From a virus: 64,000 bases of DNA. The notes under the pieces were generated by a model that was not told the DNA's origin, did not search any database, and worked only from the letters and a program-made list of their open reading frames with translations. The stretch is taken from positions 64,001 to 128,000 of the IMG/VR virus record IMGVR_UViG_3300048694_000674. One strand, written 5' to 3'. The translations under genes were made by a program, and so were the position numbers. Numbering within the stretch: the first letter of the stretch is position 1; each line of letters opens with the position of its first letter. Positions 11,601 through 21,379 of the stretch are shown here, in pieces.

Positions 11601-12019
11601 GCGGCGGCGGTTTCACAAATGGTCAGTCGATATCAGTAAACAATTTCGTAATTACTGGTGCATTTACAGCAAACAGTTCTAATGGTACAGCTGGCCAAGT
11701 ATTAACAACTAATGGTTCTGCTACATACTGGTCAACAGTATCTATTCCTATGGTCGTTGTTACTGGAACAACTCAGACAGCTACTATAAATAACAGGTAT
11801 GTACTGACCAATGCTGCGGCAACAACAGTAACGTTACCAGCATCTCCTTCTGCTGGCGATACTCTTTATATTGTTGTAGCAAATGGCTTAGCAACAAATA
11901 TAGTTGCCAGAAATGGTAATAAAATTATGTCTACTAGCGAAGACTTAACATTAGATGTGAATTATTATTCGTTGGGTCTTATGTATGTTAATTCAACTTT
12001 AGGATGGGTGATTATATGA
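8627..12019 (+). CDS. Long tail fibre protein
   Basis: 1130 aa, repeated YQTTAGL and GTAGQxLTSNG modules, C-terminal TVTLPASPSAGD...ARNGNKI...GW domain. Confidence 0.72.
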   Translation: MTDVFQSKLLTDSLIIQSVPELDGIANTDANNFFVNTSTIHIGNTSVSVTITPNNVTTPSVFVGDAFQNTTITPTTLTILDITGANTYIDNFIASFPAEVIVGGSITITGDLAANGATGNTGQVLVSDGNGSIYWGDANNTAYLGGVAAAGYQTTAGLSANVATLTANNTLYLGGTAAAGYQTTAGLNANIAAYLPNYTGTVNATTINATTATFTGNVSVSSLIVTGNVEVIGANNLSISDNMIYLNANSTYSNPDLGFAGNYNDGTYHHAGFFRDHSSGVWKVFDNYGPEPDASQYIDQTNTTFHIANFQANVVYVGNTSVYSTVNTTNFTGTANNTLFVGSVSAANVVSNAQLSGNLASYATTSSLSSYQTTAGLAANVATLTSNNSTYLNGQPDTYYTNATNISSGTLAWARAPAGTVNTSGNFIIGGNLNFTASNTYFTTAIYAAGQVVINPSGDLVISNGAGIQANGTFGTAGQILYTDGSGNDYWGDPGTTIATANNALYLGGVAAAGYQTTAGLASNVATLTANNTSFVGSVSAANVVSNAQLSANLANYQTTAGLNANIAAYLPTYTGVVNASSLTLGTAVTVNSTGLYTGTTTDTTTGTGATIANDTLIFIGNNTINTSITAGSISVNGTAVVANSTGIFTTSTVNAASHTTGATGTGTGGISANVTTLLIGNNTINTTITSAGLTVNGTAVVANSSGVYTTGTINATSFTIGTTTTVNSTAVYVSNTTGNVTIGPYGVTITANGLGYLTMGNTTVNTVVNATSVYIANTTGNVIMSPYGITVAANGLGFYKLGNSTVNSTSNASGFFTTGTANASSLTVGTNFIANTTQLTITIPLSANGGTGSAGQVLTSNGATGAPYWATGGGGGFSNGQSISVNNFVITGAFTANSANGTAGQILTSNGSATYWSTLPSAVRQQFTGDGSTTIFTVTGGYSANNLDVFVNGVKVRNGTDVTVTNGSTFTFTLAPPNGSLIDVIGSAASGGGGFTNGQSISVNNFVITGAFTANSSNGTAGQVLTTNGSATYWSTVSIPMVVVTGTTQTATINNRYVLTNAAATTVTLPASPSAGDTLYIVVANGLATNIVARNGNKIMSTSEDLTLDVNYYSLGLMYVNSTLGWVII

Positions 12020-12744
12020 AGAAAATTTTTATTGGTACTCCTGCATATGATGGTAAAGTCGATGTTCCTTATGCGATGGCGCTGCTGGATACATGCGAAT
12101 TATTGAAGTCCTGTTTTTATGAACCAATCGTAAGAGTTCCTGTTTCTGGTTCTCTTCTTGTTGCAGAAAGAAATAGATTAATTGAAATGTTTTGGCAATC
12201 AAATGCTGATTATATGTTGTGTATTGATAGCGATTTAGGTTGGAATCCATATTCAGTAATAAGATTATTAAATTCTGGTAAGGACGTATGCGGTGGTGTT
12301 TATCCTGGCAGAAAGGGAAATGGATTTACATTTAGACCATCTCTTCAGCCAGATAAACAAATTGAAATGTGTCCAGAAACTAAATTGTTGAAAATGGAAT
12401 ATATTCCAGCTGGATTTATGCTTTTTAGTAGAAAAGTTATTGCTGCTATGAGAGAGAAATTTCCAGAACTATATTATTCCCCAAAAGATCCAAGAAATGA
12501 TTCTGAAAGTGCATTTTGTTTCTTTGATACACAGGTTTATGAAGGCGAATTTTGGGGCGAAGACTACGTATTTTGTAGAAGGGTAAGAGAAGCTGGTTTT
12601 GATATTTGGGTTGATCCGATGATTGAGTTTAATCATGGTGGAACATGTGGTGCATTGATTCAGTCTCTTACTACTGATAAGAAATTAGCAGGGGTAACAG
12701 AAATAAATGACATCACCAGCGAAATCCAGCACGCCTCAGCTTAA
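12016..12744 (+). CDS. GT-A fold glycosyltransferase-like protein
   Basis: IFIGTPAY, RN..., LCIDSD (DxD), GFML, GEDYVFC...H.G motifs. Confidence 0.7.
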   Translation: MKKIFIGTPAYDGKVDVPYAMALLDTCELLKSCFYEPIVRVPVSGSLLVAERNRLIEMFWQSNADYMLCIDSDLGWNPYSVIRLLNSGKDVCGGVYPGRKGNGFTFRPSLQPDKQIEMCPETKLLKMEYIPAGFMLFSRKVIAAMREKFPELYYSPKDPRNDSESAFCFFDTQVYEGEFWGEDYVFCRRVREAGFDIWVDPMIEFNHGGTCGALIQSLTTDKKLAGVTEINDITSEIQHASA

Positions 12745-13876
12745 CATTGGTGAATTTGTTACCGTTGTAAGTGCTAATTTAGTTCATCAATCAACATTAT
12801 CTGCACCATCAACTGTTCAGAATAAATTTCTGACAGTTGGCGGTTATTATAACCAAGCAGATTATCCTGCTCTTTATGCTCAAATTGGATTGATAGGCGC
12901 ATTCCCAACTACACCAAGAACATCTAATACTAGCTCAAATATAAACTCAGTAACCTATGGTAATGGTCTATATGTTTATGGAGGAGCTGGTGGCGTATTG
13001 GCAACTTCTACGGATGCGATAACTTGGGCAACACAAGCGAGTGGCACAACATCAGTAATTAACTCAGTAACCTATGGTGCTGGTGTATACGCATATGCTG
13101 GAACTGGTGGTGTATTAAAAACATCTACAGATGGTGTTACTTGGACGACACGAACATCTGGAACCGCATCAGCTTTACAAGTAATCACATATACTAATGG
13201 TATATTTTTGTATGGAGGAGCTGGTGGAGTATTGGCAACTTCTACTGATGCTATTACTTGGTCGTCAAAAACTTCTGGAACTACTTCTCAAATAAACCAC
13301 ATAACCTATGGTAATGGTTTATATTTTTATGATACAAATCCAGGTTCTGCGAACGTTGGTTCATCATCAGATGCAACAACATGGACAACAACTATTAATA
13401 CTGGTTTAACAGCAACAATTAAGACTGGTGTTGTTTATGGTAATGGTATATATGTGGTTGGTGACAGATTAGGATCCGTGGCTACATCAACTAACGGTAC
13501 ATCTTGGTCAAATACCAAACCTACTTCAACTGCAATTATTCATATGGCGTATGGTAATGGGTTATTTGTTTATGGCGGTGTTGCTGGTATTCTTGCTACT
13601 TCTGTTGATGGTGTTACATGGACAACTGTATCTTCAAATACAACATCAACAATACAGTGGATAACTTATGGAAATAATTTGTATGTTTATGTTACGCAAT
13701 TGGGAGGAATTATAACATCAAAATCATTTACAGCAGAATATTCTACCTATTATGATGCAACAAGTCAATTTTATGCGCCAGCTTTTACATCTACTGATTT
13801 GTTGACAGTTCAAGCAACATCAACATTGTTATCTTCAGCTGTTTATACTACTACGTATGTGAGGGCAAAAAAATGA
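12707..13876 (+). CDS. Beta-propeller (BNR/Asp-box repeat) virion protein in a split tail-collar-like frame
   Basis: About 39-aa repeats YGNG.YV.GG.GG..TSTDG.TWT; YNQADYPALY N-terminal and FYAP...YVRAK C-terminal. Confidence 0.65.
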   Translation: MTSPAKSSTPQLNIGEFVTVVSANLVHQSTLSAPSTVQNKFLTVGGYYNQADYPALYAQIGLIGAFPTTPRTSNTSSNINSVTYGNGLYVYGGAGGVLATSTDAITWATQASGTTSVINSVTYGAGVYAYAGTGGVLKTSTDGVTWTTRTSGTASALQVITYTNGIFLYGGAGGVLATSTDAITWSSKTSGTTSQINHITYGNGLYFYDTNPGSANVGSSSDATTWTTTINTGLTATIKTGVVYGNGIYVVGDRLGSVATSTNGTSWSNTKPTSTAIIHMAYGNGLFVYGGVAGILATSVDGVTWTTVSSNTTSTIQWITYGNNLYVYVTQLGGIITSKSFTAEYSTYYDATSQFYAPAFTSTDLLTVQATSTLLSSAVYTTTYVRAKK

Positions 13877-15093
13877 CATCGATTAAAAAACTAAGCTCTC
13901 CTCAAGTAGAATTTGGCGAATACTTTACAGCTGTATCAGCAAATATTATTCATCAAGAAACACGTGGAGCAAATTCTGTTCAAAATGATGCTAACAATTC
14001 TGCTGTGTTTCTCAAAGATAATGCTGCATATAGTCAGGCGACATATCCAGATCTGTATAATAGACTTGGACTAATTGGAGCTGGTGTTACTACACCAATA
14101 ACTTCTGGTACTGCGGCTACAATTCAAAAGATTGTATATGGGAATGGAATTTATCTTTATGGAGCTTCTGATGGAACTGTGGGGACTTCTACTGATGGTG
14201 TAACTTGGACAACTAGATCTGTCACAACTGTTACTGCTATAGTTGATTTAGATTATGGTAATGGTATTTTTGCTTTTGCTGCTAACCCACAATCAGTAAG
14301 ATATGGAACTTCTACTGATGGCGTAACTTGGACAACACAAACTTCTGATTCGAATCCAGTCGTTGCATTGACTTATGGAAATGGTATATTCATAGTAAGC
14401 AAAAGTTTAGGTGGTGGTACAGGCGCGTCTTTGCAAAAATCTACAGATGGACTCAACTACAGCACAACGGGTATTGCAACTCCATCTTCTTCATCACCAA
14501 TTAACAGTCTTTTTTATGCCTCTAGTGGATTATGGCTGTGTTGTAATCAAGACGCAACACAGTATGTAAAATCTTCAACAGATAATGGAGCATCATGGTC
14601 ATCTTCTGGTACATTAGGTTTTGGTGCATCGACAGCAAAAACATTTGGTTATGGTAATGGTTTATATGTTTTAGTTTCAACAAATGCAACTTTATACACA
14701 TCAACCAATGGAACAACATGGACATCCAGAACTTCTGGTACTGCATCAGCTATTAATACGGTAACATATGGTAATGGTTTATATGTTTATGGAGCTGCTA
14801 GCGGTACATACGTTACATCAACAGATGCAATTACATGGAATCAAGCTTTATCAGTTGTTGGTTCTATTACCTTTTCCTGTTCTTCATACATGAATAGTAA
14901 ATATTATTTTGGAGGCGGTTCTGGTTCGATAACAACATCAACAACTATGACAAATGTTGAATATTCTCCATATTATACTGCCGCTTCTCAATTCTATATA
15001 CCACCACTAACAGAATCAAGTACTTTGACGTTGCAAGCAACAACCACTTTATTATCTTCAGCAATTTATTCAACTTATATAAGAGCAAAATAA
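13873..15093 (+). CDS. Beta-propeller (BNR/Asp-box repeat) virion protein, paralog 2
   Basis: Same repeats and terminal motifs (YSQATYPDLY; FYIP...YIRAK). Confidence 0.65.
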   Translation: MTSIKKLSSPQVEFGEYFTAVSANIIHQETRGANSVQNDANNSAVFLKDNAAYSQATYPDLYNRLGLIGAGVTTPITSGTAATIQKIVYGNGIYLYGASDGTVGTSTDGVTWTTRSVTTVTAIVDLDYGNGIFAFAANPQSVRYGTSTDGVTWTTQTSDSNPVVALTYGNGIFIVSKSLGGGTGASLQKSTDGLNYSTTGIATPSSSSPINSLFYASSGLWLCCNQDATQYVKSSTDNGASWSSSGTLGFGASTAKTFGYGNGLYVLVSTNATLYTSTNGTTWTSRTSGTASAINTVTYGNGLYVYGAASGTYVTSTDAITWNQALSVVGSITFSCSSYMNSKYYFGGGSGSITTSTTMTNVEYSPYYTAASQFYIPPLTESSTLTLQATTTLLSSAIYSTYIRAK

Positions 15094-15094
15094 A

Positions 15095-17920
15095 ATGAGC
15101 AATGCTAGTAATTTCAGACCAGATCCAGTATCTTTACCAATAGGTACAGTAAAGAAAGAAATATTCGTTGGTACTCCTAATACTGGAGTGACAACTCCAA
15201 CAACTCTTACTGAAAATGGTGTTTGGCTTTTATCTGGTTCTACTTATGCACAAGCAACGTATCCAGCGCTATATAACCAATTAGGATTGTTACGTGGTAC
15301 AAGCCCAATACCAAAAACAACTGGCAGTACAACAACAATTAATGCTGCAGTTTATGGTGCTGGTCTTTATGTTCTTTCTGCAACTGATGTTTATTTAACT
15401 TCGACTGATACAAATGTTTGGACTACGAGATCTTCTGGTACATCATCGATAATATATTCAACAGCATATGGTAATGGAATTTATCTTTATGGCGGAGCTG
15501 GCGGCGCTCTAGCAACTTCTACAGATGCAATAACTTGGACTCAAAGAACATCTAACTCATCGACATTTTTATATACATTGGCGTATGGTAATGGCGTATA
15601 TCTTTATGCAGGATCTGGTGGTGGTTTAGGATCTTCTACAGATGCAACAACATGGACAACAAGAACTTCAGGAACAAGTTCTGCAATACAAGATCTTGCA
15701 TATGGTAACAGTTTATACGTATATGTTGGGGCTGGTGGTGTAACAGGCACATCAACAGATGGTATAACTTGGACATCAAGAACATCTGGTGCTGCGAATG
15801 GCGGTTCTACTACTACTCAGGCTTTAAATGGTGTTATCTACGCTAACGGATTGTATGTTTCAGGAGGAGCTGCTGGTACAATTATAACAAATACAAACCC
15901 AAATGGAACTAACTGGACAACCAGAACTTCTGGAACTGCATCAATTATATATTCTGTTGCTTATGGCGCTGGCGTTTATGTATACGCTGGGGCTGGTGGT
16001 GTATTAGCTTCATCAACTGATGGTACAACATGGACATCCAGAACTTCTGGTACAACATCTATTATTCTTGATATTGTTTATGGTAATGGCGCTTTTACGT
16101 ATGTTGGCGTTGCTGGTGCCACTGGTTATTCAACTGATGGTATAACTTGGTTTTCAGGTATTTCGTTGACAACATCTTCATATGAATCTGTTACTTATGG
16201 TAATGGTGTTTATGTTACTGGAGGTTATGGTGGATTATTAAAAATTTCAACTAATAATTTGACAAACTGGTCTCCATATTCAAACTTTATAACATATGGT
16301 AATGGTAAATTTGTTTCTGCTTCTCAGGCTTATGTAGAAACATCAACGGATGCTTATACTTGGACAGCAAGAACTGCATATACAAATAAAGCAATATCGT
16401 TTGTAAATTATACCAATGGTATCTATGTATATACTGGATTACTTGGTAACTACGGATCATCAACAGACGGTATAACTTGGTCAGCAAGAAATGTTGATAC
16501 AGGATCTGTTCTTAGAGCGACGGCGTATGGTAATGGTACTTATGCGATGGGTGGAACTGGTGGCGCTCTTTTATCAAATTCAGATTCAACGCTGAAATTA
16601 TTCACATCTAGAACTTCTGGCACTGCTTCACAAATTTTAGCAATGGTATATGGTAACGGCGTTTTTGCTTATGGAGCAGTCAGTGGTGGTTTAGGATCTT
16701 CTACAGATGCCATTACGTGGACAGCAAGAACTGCAGTAAATACATCCACAGTAAATGCTATGGCATATGGCAATGGTACATATGCGCTTGGAGGAAACCT
16801 TGGTGTATTAGGATCTTCTACAGATGCCATTACGTGGACAGCAAGAACTGTTGTAAACACATCAACAGTATATGGAATGACTTATGGCAACAGCTTATTT
16901 GTTCTTGGCGGTCATTTAGGGTTAATTGCTTCATCACCCGACGCTATTACTTGGACATCAAGAACAGTTGTAAATACTTCAACAGTATTTGCTGTTACAT
17001 ATGGTAATGGTACATATGTTGTTGCTGGTCATCTTGGCGTTTTAGGAACAAGCACAGCTCCAGCAACTGTCGCTTTTTCTGCTAAAACATCTGGTACAAC
17101 ATCTTCTATTCGTAGTTTGACGTATGGTAATGGTATTTATGTATTTGGTACAGATGCTGGTGGTATTAGCTCTTCTACAGATGCAACAACATGGAATGCA
17201 AGAACTTCTGGAACGACAGTTACAATTTGGTCGCTTAGTTATGGTAGTGGTACTTTTTATTATGTTGATAACAATGGATCTGCTGGTACTTCTACTGACG
17301 GCACTACTTGGTTACCATACAAAGCAGGTCCAACAACATCAACAATAAACAGTGTTGTTTATGGCAATAGTTTATATTTATTTTCTGGAACTGGTGGTTA
17401 TTTAGTAACAACAACCAATTTCAATACATGGACAGTTCAAACATCTGGCACAACATCTAATATTATTGCAGTATCGTATGGTAATGGATTGTTCCATTAT
17501 GGTGGTGTTGGTGGTGTGTTAGCCTCTTCTACTGACGCTGTTACTTGGACAGCTAGAACACCTGGAGTGGGAACAGCAACTATTGAATCTATAACTTATG
17601 GTAATGGTAATTATACTTTAGTTGCTGATTCTGGCTGGATGAGTACATCAACAGATGGTATTACTTGGAATCTAAAACCAACAAATACCACCTCTACGCT
17701 GAATAATATAACATATGCTAGTGGAGCTAATACGCATCTGATAAGTGGTATTACTGGTTATTTCGCTGTGGCAAATAACACATCATTGATAAATTATTCG
17801 CCTACATATGATGTTAGCACTAATTTCTATGTACCATCATTTACTGGTCAGGGAACATTTGGTACAGTTACTTTAGGTTCTCAGCCTGTAATACAAACAT
17901 ATGTGAAAGGTAAAAACTGA
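15095..17920 (+). CDS. Large multi-propeller (BNR/Asp-box repeat) virion protein, paralog 3
   Basis: About 20 repeats; YAQATYPALY; FYVP...YVKGKN. Confidence 0.65.
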   Translation: MSNASNFRPDPVSLPIGTVKKEIFVGTPNTGVTTPTTLTENGVWLLSGSTYAQATYPALYNQLGLLRGTSPIPKTTGSTTTINAAVYGAGLYVLSATDVYLTSTDTNVWTTRSSGTSSIIYSTAYGNGIYLYGGAGGALATSTDAITWTQRTSNSSTFLYTLAYGNGVYLYAGSGGGLGSSTDATTWTTRTSGTSSAIQDLAYGNSLYVYVGAGGVTGTSTDGITWTSRTSGAANGGSTTTQALNGVIYANGLYVSGGAAGTIITNTNPNGTNWTTRTSGTASIIYSVAYGAGVYVYAGAGGVLASSTDGTTWTSRTSGTTSIILDIVYGNGAFTYVGVAGATGYSTDGITWFSGISLTTSSYESVTYGNGVYVTGGYGGLLKISTNNLTNWSPYSNFITYGNGKFVSASQAYVETSTDAYTWTARTAYTNKAISFVNYTNGIYVYTGLLGNYGSSTDGITWSARNVDTGSVLRATAYGNGTYAMGGTGGALLSNSDSTLKLFTSRTSGTASQILAMVYGNGVFAYGAVSGGLGSSTDAITWTARTAVNTSTVNAMAYGNGTYALGGNLGVLGSSTDAITWTARTVVNTSTVYGMTYGNSLFVLGGHLGLIASSPDAITWTSRTVVNTSTVFAVTYGNGTYVVAGHLGVLGTSTAPATVAFSAKTSGTTSSIRSLTYGNGIYVFGTDAGGISSSTDATTWNARTSGTTVTIWSLSYGSGTFYYVDNNGSAGTSTDGTTWLPYKAGPTTSTINSVVYGNSLYLFSGTGGYLVTTTNFNTWTVQTSGTTSNIIAVSYGNGLFHYGGVGGVLASSTDAVTWTARTPGVGTATIESITYGNGNYTLVADSGWMSTSTDGITWNLKPTNTTSTLNNITYASGANTHLISGITGYFAVANNTSLINYSPTYDVSTNFYVPSFTGQGTFGTVTLGSQPVIQTYVKGKN

Positions 17921-17921
17921 T

Positions 17922-18140
17922 ATGCTATTATACAGAATATTAGAAAATGGTTATTATGGTGGTTGTTATCAAGTCCCAGATGATCCAGATGATGTAAATG
18001 GCATTCCTCTTGGCACAACAAAGAAAGCTGTTCCTGATGATATTCCAGAAGGATTGTATCCTTTTTGGGGTGGCTCTGGTTGGAATTTGACGAATATACC
18101 TCCAACCCCACCTCCACCACCCGAAGAAATACCACAATAA
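17922..18140 (+). CDS. Small tail-fibre assembly-like protein
   Basis: ENGYY...IPLGTTKKAVP...PFWGGSGW resembles Tfa-type chaperones. Confidence 0.45.
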   Translation: MLLYRILENGYYGGCYQVPDDPDDVNGIPLGTTKKAVPDDIPEGLYPFWGGSGWNLTNIPPTPPPPPEEIPQ

Positions 18141-18171
18141 ATAGGTATACTATGTTATTTGGAGATATATT

Positions 18172-18885
18172 ATGAAAATAATGATTGCTACGCCTACGCA
18201 AAATAGTATGTGTACTATTAACTATACTGCTTCTATGATTAATCTGTTCAAAGAAGCAGCAAAATATGATGACTTTGAATTAGAATTTTTATATGGTACG
18301 AATGAAGCTCTAGTAACTCATGCCAGAAATTTATGTGTAAATCTTTTTTTAAAATCAGATGCGACTCATTTGCTTTTTATAGATTCGGATATTCAATTTC
18401 ACCCAAGTCAAATTATACAAATGATTAGAACTAAATCTGACTTTGTTTGTGGCATATATCCAAAAAAAAAGATTGATTGGGAAAAGGTAAGAGTTGCTGC
18501 ATTACATGGCGTACAGGCTCAACTATTGCAATCACATTCAAACGAATATTTGGTTGTACCTTCTGCTAATACAGAACCACTAGAAAATGGGTTGGTAGAA
18601 ATTGATAGAGCAGCTACTGGTATGATGTTGATCAGTAAAACTGTATTTGAAACATTGAAAGATAAGGTGAACGCATTCAATCTAGTTGCGCCAGTTCAAT
18701 CCAATATTCAATACGGTCAGGATGAAAAATATTATGAGTTTTTCTATTCTCAAATTGAACCAGAAACTAATTTGTTTCTCAACGAAGATTTTAGTTTTTG
18801 TAAATTGTGGATAGATAATGGTGGTAAGATATACGGCGCACCATGGGTAAAATTGTTTCATGTCGGTAATCATGTTTATGGATGA
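18172..18885 (+). CDS. GT-A fold glycosyltransferase-like protein
   Basis: IMIATP, ARN, LLFIDSD, YPKK, ATGMMLI, NEDFSFC...HVG. Confidence 0.72.
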   Translation: MKIMIATPTQNSMCTINYTASMINLFKEAAKYDDFELEFLYGTNEALVTHARNLCVNLFLKSDATHLLFIDSDIQFHPSQIIQMIRTKSDFVCGIYPKKKIDWEKVRVAALHGVQAQLLQSHSNEYLVVPSANTEPLENGLVEIDRAATGMMLISKTVFETLKDKVNAFNLVAPVQSNIQYGQDEKYYEFFYSQIEPETNLFLNEDFSFCKLWIDNGGKIYGAPWVKLFHVGNHVYG

Positions 18886-18894
18886 GGTATTATT

Positions 18895-19425
18895 ATGAGA
18901 AAAGAATTATTGATTGGTTGTGGAGCTCAGAGAAAAAAGGTTTTGTTCTCAAAAGGAAACGAGAGCTGGAGTAATTTGGTAACATTGGATATTGAAGCTG
19001 TTCATAAGCCTGATGTTATTCATGATCTTTGTGTTTTACCATATCCTTTTGAGAGTGATGAATTTGATGAAATTCATGCCTACGATGTTTTAGAACATAC
19101 TGGACAACAGGGAGATTATAAATTCTTTTTTGCTCAGTTTAGTGAATTTTGGAGAATACTAAAACCGAATGGTATGTTATTCGCAAAATGTCCTTCTTAT
19201 AAATCGAGTTGGGCATGGGGTGATCCAGGTCATACTCGTATAATTCAGTCTAATACTTTGGTATTTTTAAAACAACCAGAATATACTAAGCAGATCGGCA
19301 AATCGCAAATGACTGATTATCGTTCAATATACAAAGCAGATTTCCAAGAAGTATATGTAAAAGAAACAGATGAAGATCTATTTTTTGTTATGAAAGCTAT
19401 AAAACCATCCAGAATAAGCATCTAA
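18895..19425 (+). CDS. Class I SAM-dependent methyltransferase
   Basis: LLIGCG motif I, LDI, DVLEH, EFWRILKPNG, DPGH. Confidence 0.78.
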   Translation: MRKELLIGCGAQRKKVLFSKGNESWSNLVTLDIEAVHKPDVIHDLCVLPYPFESDEFDEIHAYDVLEHTGQQGDYKFFFAQFSEFWRILKPNGMLFAKCPSYKSSWAWGDPGHTRIIQSNTLVFLKQPEYTKQIGKSQMTDYRSIYKADFQEVYVKETDEDLFFVMKAIKPSRISI

Positions 19426-19453
19426 TAAATATAACAAAAAAAGAGAAAAACCA

Positions 19454-19966
19454 ATGACAATCAGTTTAGAATTAGCAAAAGTCGCTCAGTATGTTTCAGT
19501 CAATACATCTTCGAATGTAGTGACTTCGAATGCAACATTGGCATTGTCTGGTTCGTCTTCTTCTCTTGGTACGTTATTATTAAATGCAGCCGAAACTACT
19601 AACGTTTCTGCAACAGCTGCCAATAGTACTATGACATATTATTTGTCTAGCCAATCTGTAATGTATTTGACGACAAATGCTGCAGCTAACTGGAATCCAA
19701 ACGTAGCATTTTCTTCTGGAACTACTTTGAATACTGCTCTGACAACTAACCAAGCTATTACATTTGTTATGATGGTTACTCAAGGAACTACTGCTTATTA
19801 TAGTAATACAATTTATGTTGATGGAACGCAAGTAACACCAAAATGGCAAGGTGGATCAGCCCCTACTGCAGGTAATGCTTCTGGCGTTGATATATATACA
19901 TATACAATAATTAAAACTGCTAGTGCTACATTTACGGTATTCGCTTCGCAGACACAGTTTAAGTAA
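19454..19966 (+). CDS. Fibre-tip adaptor-like structural protein
   Basis: VTQGTTAYY...KWQGGSAPTAGNASGVDIYTYTIIKT, a known tail-fibre end domain. Confidence 0.55.
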   Translation: MTISLELAKVAQYVSVNTSSNVVTSNATLALSGSSSSLGTLLLNAAETTNVSATAANSTMTYYLSSQSVMYLTTNAAANWNPNVAFSSGTTLNTALTTNQAITFVMMVTQGTTAYYSNTIYVDGTQVTPKWQGGSAPTAGNASGVDIYTYTIIKTASATFTVFASQTQFK

Positions 19967-19975
19967 GAGGAAATT

Positions 19976-21379
19976 ATGCCTACAATTATTACTCGTGGTG
20001 CTGCTTCTCCGCGTGGATTTGGATTTGGATACAGTTCATCTTTAACAAATTATATTGCATATCAGTCTTTTACACAACCCCCTTATAGCACAGTTCATGC
20101 GTACGGATCTTGTACAGATAGTTCAGGTAATTTTTACTATGTTGGAAAGGGCGCATATACTACTAATTCAGGATTATATTTACAAAAACAAGATTCAAAA
20201 GGTAATACAATATGGACTCAAGGATTCAATGATACTCATTTAAATGATATTTGTTTTGGATATCTATTCAATATTGGAACTTGTATAGATGTTGATTCGT
20301 CAGGAAATATTTATGTTGGTGGAAGTACTTATATAGTAAGTACAGGTTTTACTTATGCTTTTATTATAAAATTTGACTCTACTGGTTCGTTACAATATGA
20401 AAAGAAAATTCTTTATAGTTCTGGTACAGGCACAGATCCTATTTGTGTGAGTGGATTGAAATGTGATCCATCATCAGGATATATTTATGTGGGTATTCAA
20501 TTAGACAATTCAAGTTATGGATTAATAAAATATGATTCAACTTTGACATCACAATGGAAATACAGATTAGCTGGCGCTCGTACATTTTATCAAGACTATT
20601 CATATATATATGGTTCAACAAATAATATGGCTTTAGACAGTTCAGGAAACATTTATGTTAATATAGTAACAACTGTTACTTATTCTGGAGATAGAGCAGG
20701 TTTTATAAAATTTGATAGTTCAGGAAATGTATTACTTGAGCGCAGATTAGCTACAGGAGGTAATTCATATTATGGTGGATTTGGTATATGTTTAGATTCA
20801 TCAAATAATATTTATATTACTTCTGGATATAACAATTCTTCATATGTTAATGGTTTTCTTTCAAAATTTGATTCAAGTGGAACATACCTTTGGAGTTATT
20901 ATATAGCAACTGCTAGTCCATCCCATACTATTGCAAATTGTCTATCAGTCGATAGTAGTAATAATATTTATGTTGGAGGCGGAACTGGTATATCTGGTGC
21001 TGGTAATGCCTTTATTATGAAATTTAATTCAAGTGGAACTATACAATATCAAAGAAATATAGGTGATGCAGGCACTATAGTTGTTAATAGATATGTTACA
21101 TCTTTAATAATGAACGGTAAAAATGCATTTTATATAACTGCATATGGAACAAATACTCCATTTATAGCAAGTTTACCATTAGATGGTTCTAAAACAGGAA
21201 CTTACACAGTAGGAGCTTATTCAGTTGTTTATACTGCTTCATCGTATACTATAAGTTCAATATCGCTTACTGATTCTGCAGGAACTAGATCAACAAGTTC
21301 AGGAGCTGTTATGTCTGAAAGTACTGCAACACAAACACAAACTACTGCTACATCTACAAACAGTGTTAAAGTAATATGA
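19976..21379 (+). CDS. Beta-propeller (SBBP-like DSSGNIYV repeats) putative adhesin
   Basis: Repeated DSSGNIYV...IIKFDSSG..Q[WY] blades. Confidence 0.65.
   Translation: MPTIITRGAASPRGFGFGYSSSLTNYIAYQSFTQPPYSTVHAYGSCTDSSGNFYYVGKGAYTTNSGLYLQKQDSKGNTIWTQGFNDTHLNDICFGYLFNIGTCIDVDSSGNIYVGGSTYIVSTGFTYAFIIKFDSTGSLQYEKKILYSSGTGTDPICVSGLKCDPSSGYIYVGIQLDNSSYGLIKYDSTLTSQWKYRLAGARTFYQDYSYIYGSTNNMALDSSGNIYVNIVTTVTYSGDRAGFIKFDSSGNVLLERRLATGGNSYYGGFGICLDSSNNIYITSGYNNSSYVNGFLSKFDSSGTYLWSYYIATASPSHTIANCLSVDSSNNIYVGGGTGISGAGNAFIMKFNSSGTIQYQRNIGDAGTIVVNRYVTSLIMNGKNAFYITAYGTNTPFIASLPLDGSKTGTYTVGAYSVVYTASSYTISSISLTDSAGTRSTSSGAVMSESTATQTQTTATSTNSVKVI

Noticed and set aside
10414-11616. Minus-strand ORFs 10414..10758 and 11023..11616
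   Set aside because: Antisense shadows of the fibre gene's codon bias.
12707-17920. CRISPR array or other non-coding repeat array
   Set aside because: The repeats are degenerate, in-frame protein repeats without unique spacers.
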